Positions 17,077-26,174 are shown, numbered from the stretch's first letter. The stretch is 43,260 bases of DNA from Oscillospiraceae bacterium (GCA_902803075.1 CADCOJ010000077.1:1-43260), one strand, 5' to 3'. A program made the numbers and translations. The notes: generated by a model from the letters alone, not told the origin.

Positions 17077-17424
17077 TCAAAGGATATCCCGGAAAAGCGT
17101 CTGAAACTGCTCGTCGGCATAGCCGCGCAGCAGCTGGCAGTATCGCTCGTAGGCTTCAAGCAGGGTTGCGCCCTCCGGGGTCAGTGAGGCACCTCCTCCG
17201 TGTTTTCCCCCGGTTGTGGAATCGAGCAGCCGGAAGCCGAGCTGATTCTGCGCGTTACGGATGATAGTCCAGGCCTTGGAATAGGCCATACCGATGGACA
17301 TGGCCGCTGCGCGGAGAGAGTGGTGCGTCTGCACCTGCTTCAGAAGAATGGCCACGCCGGGCCCGAAGCATTTCTCCTCGCCAAAGATCCGAATGGTCAG
17401 GACTGGATGAAAATGATCGATCAT
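17077..17424 (-). CDS. ModE N-terminal-like winged-helix transcriptional regulator
   Basis: FGPG...LL..V....SLRAAA..IGMAYSKAW..I...Q..LGF.LL....GGKHGGGASLTPEG is the ModE HTH signature; lacks Mop domains. Confidence 0.88.
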   Translation of the reverse strand: MIDHFHPVLTIRIFGEEKCFGPGVAILLKQVQTHHSLRAAAMSIGMAYSKAWTIIRNAQNQLGFRLLDSTTGGKHGGGASLTPEGATLLEAYERYCQLLRGYADEQFQTLFRDIL

Positions 17425-17430
17425 ATCGCC

Positions 17431-17505
17431 ATCATAGCACGGAAATTTCGGCATTGTCAATTCTTCCGACCGCTTCTTGACGGCAATTTCTGCCCGTGAT
17501 ATGCT
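17431..17505. promoter_or_regulatory. Back-to-back divergent promoters (modE-like / yqeC)
   Basis: Minus: TTGACA-N18-TATGAT (17460-17431); plus: TTGACG-N17-TATGCT (17477-17505); both TG-extended. Confidence 0.7.
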
Positions 17506-17528
17506 AATGCTGAAAAGGAGGCGGCGGA

Positions 17529-18200
17529 ATGGATCTGGAACGGGTGCTCTGTATCCGGCGCGGTGTGACTGCGATCATTGGCGGCGGGGGGAAAACGACG
17601 CTGATGCTCTGCCTGGGGAAGGAGCTTTCTCAAAGAGGCCGCGTTATTCTCTGCACGACGACACATATCCTGCCGGACCCGACCGTTGCGTGCGTTGTTC
17701 CTGCTACAGAGCATGCGCTGGAGCAGGCTTTGGAGCTGAATCCCTGCGTGATGACCGGCTCCCCGGCAGACAATGGGAAGATTTGTGCGCCGCAGCTTCC
17801 GTTTGAAGCGTTATGTAAACATGCAGACTATGTGATCGTAGAGGCGGATGGATCGAGACACTGTCCGGTCAAGGCGCACGCAGCGCATGAGCCTGTGATC
17901 CCGCCTTTGGCAAACCAAACGATTCTCGTGATCGGTGCAAGCGCTTTTGGGCAAACGATCTCATCTGCTGTGCATCGCCCGGAGATCTTCTGTGAATGGA
18001 CCGGCACACAGCCGGAGGATCTTGTCACGCCCGCGCGGATTTCAAATTATGTTAACCTTGAGGGACTGCACACACGCGTCCTGATCAACCAGACGGAGAC
18101 TGCCCGACGCAGGCGGCTTGCAAAAGAACTGGCCGGACGGCTGAAATCGCCTGCTTGCATGGCGTCTTTGAAGGAAGGGTGGATACAATGCTTGTTCTGA
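17529..18200 (+). CDS. yqeC: Selenium cofactor biosynthesis accessory protein YqeC
   Basis: IIGGGGKTT, TTTHI, VEADGSR--PVKAHAAHEPVIP, VHRPE; AAGGAGG RBS; adjacent to yqeB and selD. Confidence 0.9.
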   Translation: MDLERVLCIRRGVTAIIGGGGKTTLMLCLGKELSQRGRVILCTTTHILPDPTVACVVPATEHALEQALELNPCVMTGSPADNGKICAPQLPFEALCKHADYVIVEADGSRHCPVKAHAAHEPVIPPLANQTILVIGASAFGQTISSAVHRPEIFCEWTGTQPEDLVTPARISNYVNLEGLHTRVLINQTETARRRRLAKELAGRLKSPACMASLKEGWIQCLF

Positions 18201-19009
18201 TCCGCGGTGCGGGTGATCTTGCGTCCGGTATTGCGCTGCGGCTGTTCCGCTCGCATCTTCGCGTCGTCATGACAGACCTTCCGAGGCCGACGGCGATCCG
18301 CCGAACAGTCAGCTTTTCCCAGGCGATCGTCTGCGGAACGACACAGGTGGAGGATGTGACAGCTATGCGTGCTGAGTCCGTGCAGCAGGCTGCCCGAATC
18401 CTGCGCGAGGGGAAGATCCCCGTGCTGATCGACCCCGACGCGCACTGCAGGGAGGAGCTTCTGCCGGATGTGCTGGTGGATGCGATCCTGGCCAAACGCA
18501 ATCTTGGCACCAGGATCACAGACGCTCCCGCCGTCATCGGAGTCGGACCCGGATTCACAGCGGGCGTGGACTGCCATGCCGTGATTGAGACGATGCGCGG
18601 ACATACGCTCGGCCGTGTGATCCGAAGCGGCGGGGCGATCCCAAACACCAATATTCCCGGTCTGATCGGCGGATATGCCGGCGAGCGCGTTCTCCGCGCA
18701 CCTGCGGACGGTGTCTTCCACCAGGTGCTTGAGATCGGCGCTGCGGTGCAGGCGGGCGACATTGCAGGGGACGTGGATGGGATTCCGATGCGCTGTACGA
18801 TCCCGGGCGTATTGCGCGGGATCCTTGCCGACGGAACACCCGTCAGACGTGGGATGAAAGCCGGCGATGTCGACCCGAGAGGGGAGCGCGAAAACTGCTT
18901 CACGTCATCGGATAAGGCAATTTCCATCGGGGGCGGCGTCTTGCAAGCCATTCTGGAGCTGACCGGAGCGCTTGCAGCGTACACAGGCGCAAATACACTT
19001 GGAGTCTGA
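18188..19009 (+). CDS. yqeB: Selenium-dependent molybdenum hydroxylase system protein YqeB
   Basis: IRGAGDLASGIA-RL, PTAIRRTVSF, DAILAKRNLGT, GPGFTAG-D, ETMRGHTLGR, GDVDPR, SDKA--IGGGVL. Confidence 0.93.
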   Translation: MLVLIRGAGDLASGIALRLFRSHLRVVMTDLPRPTAIRRTVSFSQAIVCGTTQVEDVTAMRAESVQQAARILREGKIPVLIDPDAHCREELLPDVLVDAILAKRNLGTRITDAPAVIGVGPGFTAGVDCHAVIETMRGHTLGRVIRSGGAIPNTNIPGLIGGYAGERVLRAPADGVFHQVLEIGAAVQAGDIAGDVDGIPMRCTIPGVLRGILADGTPVRRGMKAGDVDPRGERENCFTSSDKAISIGGGVLQAILELTGALAAYTGANTLGV

Positions 19010-19021
19010 GAGGGATTTGAT

Positions 19022-20059
19022 ATGAAAGAGGACATCAAACTTACAAAACTTGCCAAATGCGCAGGCTGCGGTGCAAAGGTCGGCGCCGGAATGCTGGCGC
19101 AGCTGCTCGGTGATATTCGCGTCCGGACAGACAAGAATCTGCTTGTCGGTTTCGATAAAAGTGACGACGCTTCAGTCTATCGGGTGAGCGATGAGCTTGC
19201 CATCGTCCAGACTGTGGATTTTTTCCCGCCGATCGCGGATGATCCGTATATCTTCGGCCAGATCGCTGCCACGAATGCACTGTCCGACATCTATGCCATG
19301 GGTGGTGAGCCGAAGCTTTGCCTTAATATCATGGCGATTCCGGAGTCCATGCCGAAGGAGGCTGTGCATGAGCTGCTGCGCGGCGGATATGACAAGGTGT
19401 ATGAGGCCGGCGCGCTGATTACAGGCGGGCACTCCATTTTTGACGAAGAGCCGAAATACGGCCTGGCCGTGACCGGATTTGTCCATCCGGACCGCTTCCT
19501 CACAAATTCCGGCGCAAAACCGGGGGATGTGCTGTTCCTTACGAAGCCGCTTGGCATCGGAGTTCTCACAACTGCGCAGAAAGCCGACCTTCTTTCCGCG
19601 GAAGGACAGGCGCTTGCGATCCGATTGATGACAACGCTCAACCGCACTGCCCGCGATATTATGGTCCGTTTTCGCGTCCATGCATGCACAGATGTGACTG
19701 GATTTTCATTCCTCGGCCATGCCTGCGAAATGGCGTCGGGAAGCGACACACAGCTGATGATTGACACAGCGCGTATTCCGGTCATCCCGGAGGCGCTGGA
19801 GTTGGCGCGCATGGGTATCCTGCCTGCCGGCATGTACCGCAACCGGAGCTTTGCTGAGGCAATGGTCGATGCAGGGGACACAGAGCTTGCGCTGCAGGAC
19901 GTCCTCTATGATCCGCAGACCTCCGGCGGACTCCTGATCGCGGTCGATCCTGCGGATGCGGATGCGCTGGAATCTGCGTTGCTTGCGTCGATCCCGGAGG
20001 CCGGGCGCGTCGGGACCGTGAAGGCTTACTGCGGCGGCGCAAGGATCTGTTTGAAGTGA
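19022..20059 (+). CDS. selD: Selenide, water dikinase (Cys form)
   Basis: LTKLAKCAGCGAK, SDDA, QTVDFFPPI-DDP, NALSDIYAMGG, GGHS, TDVTGF, DPQTSGGLL. Confidence 0.96.
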   Translation: MKEDIKLTKLAKCAGCGAKVGAGMLAQLLGDIRVRTDKNLLVGFDKSDDASVYRVSDELAIVQTVDFFPPIADDPYIFGQIAATNALSDIYAMGGEPKLCLNIMAIPESMPKEAVHELLRGGYDKVYEAGALITGGHSIFDEEPKYGLAVTGFVHPDRFLTNSGAKPGDVLFLTKPLGIGVLTTAQKADLLSAEGQALAIRLMTTLNRTARDIMVRFRVHACTDVTGFSFLGHACEMASGSDTQLMIDTARIPVIPEALELARMGILPAGMYRNRSFAEAMVDAGDTELALQDVLYDPQTSGGLLIAVDPADADALESALLASIPEAGRVGTVKAYCGGARICLK

Positions 20060-20070
20060 GGCATGAAAAA

Positions 20071-20433
20071 ATGAACCGATATATTCTTCAGCCGGAGGAT
20101 TCGATCCGCATTCTGCCGCCGCAGAATGATTCCGGAGCGGCGATCGAGCTGTTCAGCGGAAGAAGTATGATCTTCTTTGACGTTCAGGCGGTCACATCCG
20201 TCTGTCTCCTGCATGGCGTGATCATTGACGCGCAGCGCTCGGATGCATTCTGTTTTGAAGCGCCGGACAAGCTGCTTGGCATACTGCAGCAGGTGCTTAT
20301 CCCGACGGAGCATCCCGGGGCGTCTGCGTTTCAGGAGCAGCTGAAGCAATACGCGCCGGATGGACTTGATTTCTCCGCAGAGGCGGATTATCTTCCACCG
20401 CGTTGTGACCACAGGGGCGGTCATCACGTATAA
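20071..20433 (+). CDS. Hypothetical protein (~120 aa) downstream of selD
   Basis: Open frame directly after selD (alternative GTG at 20056 overlaps the selD stop); ends PPRCDHRGGHHV. Confidence 0.65.
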   Translation: MNRYILQPEDSIRILPPQNDSGAAIELFSGRSMIFFDVQAVTSVCLLHGVIIDAQRSDAFCFEAPDKLLGILQQVLIPTEHPGASAFQEQLKQYAPDGLDFSAEADYLPPRCDHRGGHHV

Positions 20434-20477
20434 GAAATCCGCTTCATGCAGAAGCTATCCCGGAAGGAGGCTGAAGG

Positions 20478-20615
20478 ATGGAACAGAAGAAACGCAAGGA
20501 TGCCGTCCGGCGTATTCTTCGGCAGGGGCCAAGCCACACCGATCCACTCGGCAGCTGGACGGGAAAGCCGGAAAACGAGCACGAACGCCCGGTACAGGAC
20601 GCCGACGATCTGTAA
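20478..20615 (+). CDS. Small protein, 45 aa (MEQKKRKDAVRRILRQGPSHTDPLGSWTGKPENEHERPVQDADDL); not in the ORF track
   Basis: AAGGAGG RBS 7 nt before ATG; TAA at 20613-20615 followed 5 nt later by a terminator. Confidence 0.75.
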   Translation: MEQKKRKDAVRRILRQGPSHTDPLGSWTGKPENEHERPVQDADDL

Positions 20616-20620
20616 CAGGC

Positions 20621-20655
20621 AAACATCCGTCCGAAAAGGGCGGATGTTTATTTTT
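20621..20655 (+). terminator. Intrinsic terminator
   Basis: aaacatccgtcc / gggcggatgttt stem plus T-rich tail. Confidence 0.8.
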
Positions 20656-20742
20656 CCAAAGGTCTTGGAATGCGTGAGAAAGTGTGATATGATATAAAAA
20701 ATCGGCATTTTTTGCATGTAATATAGAAAAAGGAAGTAACGC

Positions 20743-21927
20743 ATGGAACAGCATCTGACGTTTGCGGATCTTGGTATTTCAGCAGAGATCCTTCAGGCAC
20801 TGGAAAAAAAGGGCTACGGTTACCCGACACGCATCCAGGCAGAGGCGATCCCGCCGTTCCTGGCCTGGAAGGACGTCATCGCCAAGGCGCCTACCGGCAC
20901 AGGAAAAACCTTTGCCTTCGGCATCCCAATGATCGAACATATCAACGCCGACAGCGAGGATCTGCAGGGCCTGATCCTTGCGCCGACAAGAGAGCTTGCG
21001 CTCCAGATCGGCGACGAGCTGCGCGGGCTTTTGACGTACTATAAAAATATTCGTGTTGCGGTCGTCTACGGCGGCGCAAAGATCGACGGGCAGATCCGCC
21101 AGCTGGAAAAGCACCCGCAGATCGTTGTTGCAACGCCTGGACGCCTGATGGACCATTATAAGCGGCGCACGCTCCGGCTTGACAAGGTACAGACCGTCGT
21201 TCTCGATGAAGCTGACCGCATGCTCGACATGGGTTTTTTCGACGACGTGACAAAAATCATCGAGAAGGTGAAGAACCGCCGCAATCTCGGCATGTTTTCT
21301 GCCACGATCTCCCAGGAGGTCATGACGGTTTCCTGGATGTATCAGCGCGACGAGGTGGAGATCACGGTCCCCGCCGACATTGACAACCGCCCGGATATCA
21401 CCCAGTATTCCATTTCATGCCCTCCGCTTGAGAAGATCGACACGACACAGCGTCTGATCCGGACGCTCCATTTGGAACGCACAATGATCTTCTGCAACAC
21501 GAAGGTCATGTGTCAGTGTCTGTGTGACGATCTCAAGCGCATGGGGATCGCTGCCGACTGTATCCATGGCGATATACCGCAGCAGAAGCGTGAAAAGACG
21601 ATGGCAACCTTCAAAAATGGAAATCTGCCGGTCCTGATCGCCACAGACGTTGCATCCCGCGGTATTGACGTGGATGATGTGGACTGCGTCATCAACTATG
21701 ATGTCCCGCAGGAGAACGAATATTACATCCACCGCATTGGCCGGACGGGCCGTGCCAAGAAAAAAGGGATCGCTGTTTCCATTCTTGGTACATTTCCGGA
21801 GCAGGCCAAGCTCGAAGAGATTGCAAAGTATTCCCATTACCAGATCCAGCCCGTCCGGTTCCTGGAGGACGGTACGCTGGTCGAGGCGGAGATCAAAAAG
21901 CCGCAGCCAAAGAGGCGTTTTCGTTGA
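20743..21927 (+). CDS. DEAD-box RNA helicase
   Basis: Q motif PTRIQ, APTGTGKT, PTRELA, TPGR, DEAD, SAT, HGD, TDVASRGID, YIHRIGRTGRA. Confidence 0.96.
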   Translation: MEQHLTFADLGISAEILQALEKKGYGYPTRIQAEAIPPFLAWKDVIAKAPTGTGKTFAFGIPMIEHINADSEDLQGLILAPTRELALQIGDELRGLLTYYKNIRVAVVYGGAKIDGQIRQLEKHPQIVVATPGRLMDHYKRRTLRLDKVQTVVLDEADRMLDMGFFDDVTKIIEKVKNRRNLGMFSATISQEVMTVSWMYQRDEVEITVPADIDNRPDITQYSISCPPLEKIDTTQRLIRTLHLERTMIFCNTKVMCQCLCDDLKRMGIAADCIHGDIPQQKREKTMATFKNGNLPVLIATDVASRGIDVDDVDCVINYDVPQENEYYIHRIGRTGRAKKKGIAVSILGTFPEQAKLEEIAKYSHYQIQPVRFLEDGTLVEAEIKKPQPKRRFR

Positions 21928-22811
21928 CAGCCGCAGAACGGTGCATGCTGCTTCTTTGCAGCACGCTTGGAGATGAAAGCGCGAGACCGCTTTCCGTCGC
22001 CCGCTTCCGGGATCTTGGCCGCATGGCCCGCGCGTTTGGAAGCGGTGGGGCAGATCCGCTGCGGGAACTCGGGGAACAGGATCTTGTTCGGCTTGGCTGC
22101 CGCGGAGAGGAAGCGTCTCGAGTCCTTGCGCTTCTGTCGCGCGAAAGACAGCTCGACGCGTTTCTGCTGCGCGCAGAACGCGCCGGCGTCCATCCGCTCA
22201 CAAGGCTCGACCCGGCGTACCCGGTCAGGCTTCGTGGCGTTCTTGGGGAAGCGTGTCCTCCCATCCTGTTCTGGAAAGGAAACCCGGCGCTTCTGCAGCA
22301 GACGTGTATCTCCGTGGTCGGCTCGCGTGAGCTTCGGCCGGACAATCGTACGTTTGCCGAGACAGCGGGGCGTCTGATTGCGGAAAGCGGCTTCTGTCTT
22401 TGCTCCGGAGGAGCAAAGGGCGCTGACCGGACGGCGGCAGATGCCTGCCTGCGTGCGGGCGGCAGGACGCTGATCTTTCCGGCTGTCAGCCTGCTGACGC
22501 TTGACCCCGGCGAAAATACGCTCTATCTGTGTGAAGATGACTATGACGCGCAGTTTTCTGCCCAGCGCGCGCTCAGCCGTAATCGGTTGATCCACGCGAT
22601 GGGAGAAAAGACGCTCGTTGCGCAGACGAGCTTTGAGATCGGCGGGACTTGGCAGGGAACGGAGGAAAACCTGCGCCGCGGATACAGCCCTGTGTTCATC
22701 TATGACGACGGCACGCCCGGCACAGCAGCACTCTGCGAACGGGGCGCAGTCCCGGTCCGTGAGCTGCACAGCCTCGCACTCCTTGAAGCGGATCAGCTTT
22801 TCTTTGGATGA
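21924..22811 (+). CDS. dprA: DprA/Smf-family DNA-processing protein
   Basis: YP--L------PPILF-KGN, VVGSR, SGGAKGAD, RNRLI, GGTW-G; TTG start overlaps helicase stop. Confidence 0.85.
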   Translation: MTAAERCMLLLCSTLGDESARPLSVARFRDLGRMARAFGSGGADPLRELGEQDLVRLGCRGEEASRVLALLSRERQLDAFLLRAERAGVHPLTRLDPAYPVRLRGVLGEACPPILFWKGNPALLQQTCISVVGSRELRPDNRTFAETAGRLIAESGFCLCSGGAKGADRTAADACLRAGGRTLIFPAVSLLTLDPGENTLYLCEDDYDAQFSAQRALSRNRLIHAMGEKTLVAQTSFEIGGTWQGTEENLRRGYSPVFIYDDGTPGTAALCERGAVPVRELHSLALLEADQLFFG

Positions 22812-22835
22812 AACAGGCTTAAACAATGCATGAAG

Positions 22836-22875
22836 ACGCGCAGCATCGGCAGGAATCCTGCCAGATGCTGCGCGT
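22836..22875. terminator. Stem-loop between convergent genes
   Basis: acgcgcagcatc-ggcagg / cctgcc-a-gatgctgcgcgt. Confidence 0.75.
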
Positions 22876-22895
22876 TTGATATTCCGGAATGGCGC

Positions 22896-23909
22896 CTACC
22901 TGTTCAGCAGAAGTGAAGCGGCAAACATAGCTGCGCAGGAAAGGACAAACAGGATCATGCCCGCGTGAACATAGATCGTGCGGAACCGCACGGCTTTCGG
23001 AAGCTCCAGCGGCGCAGGGACAAACGTGATCTTTTTCGCATTGATGCAGAGCAGGACAAAGCCTGCGATGGCAAGACCAAAAAAGGCCAGCTCATAGAGC
23101 GCGAACCAGGCAATCCCGGGCATGAGCGCCATGGCTGCGTCGGGCATCTGTTCCGGCGCAAGGGCCAGAAGCTGCTCGACCGCATCCGGATCGACAGCGC
23201 TGATGATCCACGACGACACAACGCCTCCAAGGAAATTGATTGCCATGTGCATCAGGATCGAATAGCGCACGCGCCCTGTCCGCAGGTATACATACGAAAA
23301 TACGAGGCCGATCGCAAAAGCATAGAAAAACTGGAACAGATTTCCATGGAACAGCCCGAACACGACCGCGGACAGGATCATCGCATTCTTCTCACCAAAC
23401 GCACGCGTACGGTCGATCAGGATTTTCCGGAACAGCAGTTCCTCCACGACAGGTGCAGCGACCGCAAGGAGAAGGATACTCAGCACAGATCCTTCCATTG
23501 CAACGGCGTCCAACGGGTTTTTGGCAGCACCGCCGGAAAACGCGGAGGAAAGGATGTTTCCAAGCAGATTCCCGCCAACCAGCAGCGGGAAACAGATCAG
23601 CAGGATCACCCAGAACCGGGATGCGCCAAGCGCCTGCGCAGCAGGTGCATCTCCCGGAAGCTTCTTCATCAGAATGGCATAGACCGGTGCAGCCACCAGA
23701 TAAAGCGGCAGAGAAGACATGAGCAAAAGCATGTCAGTCGATGACAGAAGCGACTGACCGTCCGGCAGCAGATACATCAGAAGGCCGCAGACAAGCTGAG
23801 CCACCGTGGAGAGCAGCATCAGCAAAAACAGATAAAAGGTCACGCGCGCAAAGTGCTGCTTGCCCCATTCTGTGCGGACCGCGTCCGGTTGAGATACATA
23901 TTCGTTCAT
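22896..23909 (-). CDS. CPBP family (CAAX/Abi) intramembrane metalloprotease
   Basis: APVVEELLFR, FGLFHGN, HMAIN motifs; multiple TM helices. Confidence 0.92.
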   Translation of the reverse strand: MNEYVSQPDAVRTEWGKQHFARVTFYLFLLMLLSTVAQLVCGLLMYLLPDGQSLLSSTDMLLLMSSLPLYLVAAPVYAILMKKLPGDAPAAQALGASRFWVILLICFPLLVGGNLLGNILSSAFSGGAAKNPLDAVAMEGSVLSILLLAVAAPVVEELLFRKILIDRTRAFGEKNAMILSAVVFGLFHGNLFQFFYAFAIGLVFSYVYLRTGRVRYSILMHMAINFLGGVVSSWIISAVDPDAVEQLLALAPEQMPDAAMALMPGIAWFALYELAFFGLAIAGFVLLCINAKKITFVPAPLELPKAVRFRTIYVHAGMILFVLSCAAMFAASLLLNR

Positions 23910-23926
23910 GATTTTTGTTTCCTTTC

Positions 23927-24649
23927 TCAGCGTACGCTCTGATGCTTGCCAAGCGTCCAGAACGTCGCAGTCATTCCGATCACCACTGCTGCAAGCGAAG
24001 CAAAAAGCAGTTTCGTGTCGAGCTGTGTGAAAAACATGCGGATGGAGAACGCCGTGCGGTCAAGCGTCCCGGCGTCCGGCTCAAGCTCGCTTCGAAACAT
24101 CCGCGGGAGGATCAGGCCACAGAAGACCCAGAGCATCAGAAAGCTGATCCACCAGCCCTTTGGGCCAAAATAGGCATATATGGACCCGAAAAAGAGCACA
24201 GCCGCAGTCAGTATCAGAGCTGCAGCTCCGGTGAAACTCCAGGAGGACAGGAATGGGAAAATCCGTTCCGGACGAAGAGCCGCAAACCAGACCGGATAGA
24301 AGTGCATCTCAAACCAGTAAAGGCCGTGGACAACAAAAAACGCAAGCAGACACGCCGCGATGACCCGCAGGGCATATCCGAGCATGAACTCAGAACGTTT
24401 CGCACCGAAGCAGAGAGCAAGCCGGAACTCGACCGGATAGCCGAGGCAGCCGAACATCAGCGTGGACCAGAGCGAAGTTGCCAGAGCAAGCAGCGAGCCA
24501 AGTGTGAACCAGCTATCTGCCGAAGCATCGAAATGGAGGATGAGCGCATGAAGGACGATGCCGAACAAGCCCGCGCAGATGGCAAACATGGACGGCAGAA
24601 ACAGATAGAGTTTATTGAGTTTCCATTCTCGGATCAGTTGATCTTTCAT
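23927..24649 (-). CDS. Membrane protein, probable ABC-2-type permease
   Basis: About six TM helices, L-FGAKR-EF loop; in operon with ABC ATPase. Confidence 0.75.
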   Translation of the reverse strand: MKDQLIREWKLNKLYLFLPSMFAICAGLFGIVLHALILHFDASADSWFTLGSLLALATSLWSTLMFGCLGYPVEFRLALCFGAKRSEFMLGYALRVIAACLLAFFVVHGLYWFEMHFYPVWFAALRPERIFPFLSSWSFTGAAALILTAAVLFFGSIYAYFGPKGWWISFLMLWVFCGLILPRMFRSELEPDAGTLDRTAFSIRMFFTQLDTKLLFASLAAVVIGMTATFWTLGKHQSVR

Positions 24650-24663
24650 TCCGGTATGCCTCC

Positions 24664-25305
24664 TCAGATCCGAACTTCATAGTTTCGGATGAACATGTGC
24701 TCCGTCGCCAGCGCTGCTGCATAGACCGCAGCCGCAGCTGCTGCGAACAGCAGAAGTGTCTGTTTCTGCAGGTGAACAGAGAATGCAGTCTCACTGCTCA
24801 TCTGCGTGGCGGCGAGATACCCTCCGACGCCGCCCAGAGCCATGAACAGCAGGATCGTTACGACCAGAGCGGCTTTTCCAAACCGCATCATGCAGATCCC
24901 AAGCACAGAGCCAATGCTCATTGCAGACAGATTCAAAAGGAATGTTCCAACACCGGACAACAGTGCAGCCGGTGCAGGGGCGCCGGTCAGCAGCAGAAGG
25001 ACCGGTACGATCAGCAGCCCGCCCAGCGCAGGGATCAGACGGTAAAGCTGCAGCGCACCGAACAGCTCCCTGCGCGTTGCGCCGAATGAGATCACCAGGG
25101 AACAGGTGCCCTTATAGATATTTGAGCAGAGCATCATCAGAAGCATGCTTCCAAAAATCAGATAGTTGACCGGGTAATAAGTCAGCAGCGTCCGCGGAAT
25201 CGAGCCGAGCTGAAGCCCGATGATCAGCGTGTACAAAAGCGTGGCTCCCGCGCAGGACGCGAGCGCATGCAGGCCGCTTTTGATCCAAAAAGACAGGCGC
25301 TTCAT
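24664..25305 (-). CDS. Membrane protein, probable ABC-2-type permease
   Basis: About six TM helices, ISFGATRRE loop; ATGA overlap with the ATPase. Confidence 0.75.
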   Translation of the reverse strand: MKRLSFWIKSGLHALASCAGATLLYTLIIGLQLGSIPRTLLTYYPVNYLIFGSMLLMMLCSNIYKGTCSLVISFGATRRELFGALQLYRLIPALGGLLIVPVLLLLTGAPAPAALLSGVGTFLLNLSAMSIGSVLGICMMRFGKAALVVTILLFMALGGVGGYLAATQMSSETAFSVHLQKQTLLLFAAAAAAVYAAALATEHMFIRNYEVRI

Positions 25306-26174
25306 AACAGCGCCTCCCCGCACAGCGCGGCAAACAGATCCTGCAGTGAAACAGGGGACACGGTCACGTCGCAGTCCAGATCCAACTGCTGGCCTTCCTC
25401 CAGAAGGACCGTCACGATGGTCTTGCGGCCAATTTGTGTCTTCCCGTGTGCAGGCAGGCCGTTCAGCGCGTGCGTGACCGCTTCATCCAGTCCGGAAACC
25501 GTGCAGGCCCGGGCAAGAAGAGATTCCGTCGGCTCTTTGAGCAGGATCCTTCCGTTGTCGAGGATAACGACCTCTTCCAGAATATCCGCCGCCTCCTCAA
25601 TGATGTGCGTGGAGATCACAAATGTTCGACCGGTCTGTGTGTATTCCTGCATCAGTAGTTGATAAAACTGACGCCGTGCAATGACATCGAGACCGGCAAC
25701 AGGTTCATCCAGAAATGTGAACGCAGCCTTGCTTGCAAGCGCCACGATGATCGTAACCATGGACAGCATGCCCTTGGACAGCTTTCCGAGCTTCTTCTTC
25801 GGCTCCAGACCGAACTTCTTTACCAGCTCATCCGCCATCTGCTGATCCCAGTTTCGATAGTAGCAGGATGCTGTTTTCAGATAGTTCCTGACGGAATAAC
25901 CGCTGACCCCGCTTTCCGCGTTGGCGGAAAGCTCGCGCGCGAAACAGATCCGGTCAATCGCTTTCCGGTTCTCCCAGATGTCCTCTCCATCCAGCGTGAC
26001 TGCTCCGGATGTTGCCGGGTTTTGGTTCGACATCAGCGAGAGCAGCGTCGTTTTCCCGGCGCCGTTTCGCCCGATCAATCCATAGATATGGCCGGATTCC
26101 AGCACCAGGCTGACCTCGTCAACGGCCCGCTTATCCCCGTATTTTTTTGTAAGGTTTCTGCACTCAAGTTTCAT
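25302..26174 (-). CDS. ABC transporter ATP-binding protein
   Basis: GRNGAGKTT, LSKGM, FLDEPVAGLD, ISTH. Confidence 0.95.
   Translation of the reverse strand: MKLECRNLTKKYGDKRAVDEVSLVLESGHIYGLIGRNGAGKTTLLSLMSNQNPATSGAVTLDGEDIWENRKAIDRICFARELSANAESGVSGYSVRNYLKTASCYYRNWDQQMADELVKKFGLEPKKKLGKLSKGMLSMVTIIVALASKAAFTFLDEPVAGLDVIARRQFYQLLMQEYTQTGRTFVISTHIIEEAADILEEVVILDNGRILLKEPTESLLARACTVSGLDEAVTHALNGLPAHGKTQIGRKTIVTVLLEEGQQLDLDCDVTVSPVSLQDLFAALCGEALL

Noticed and set aside
19022-19080. Possible selenocysteine in SelD or other UGA readthrough in the window
   Set aside because: The SelD motif uses TGC codons; no in-frame TGA interrupts any recognisable protein and no Sec machinery is present
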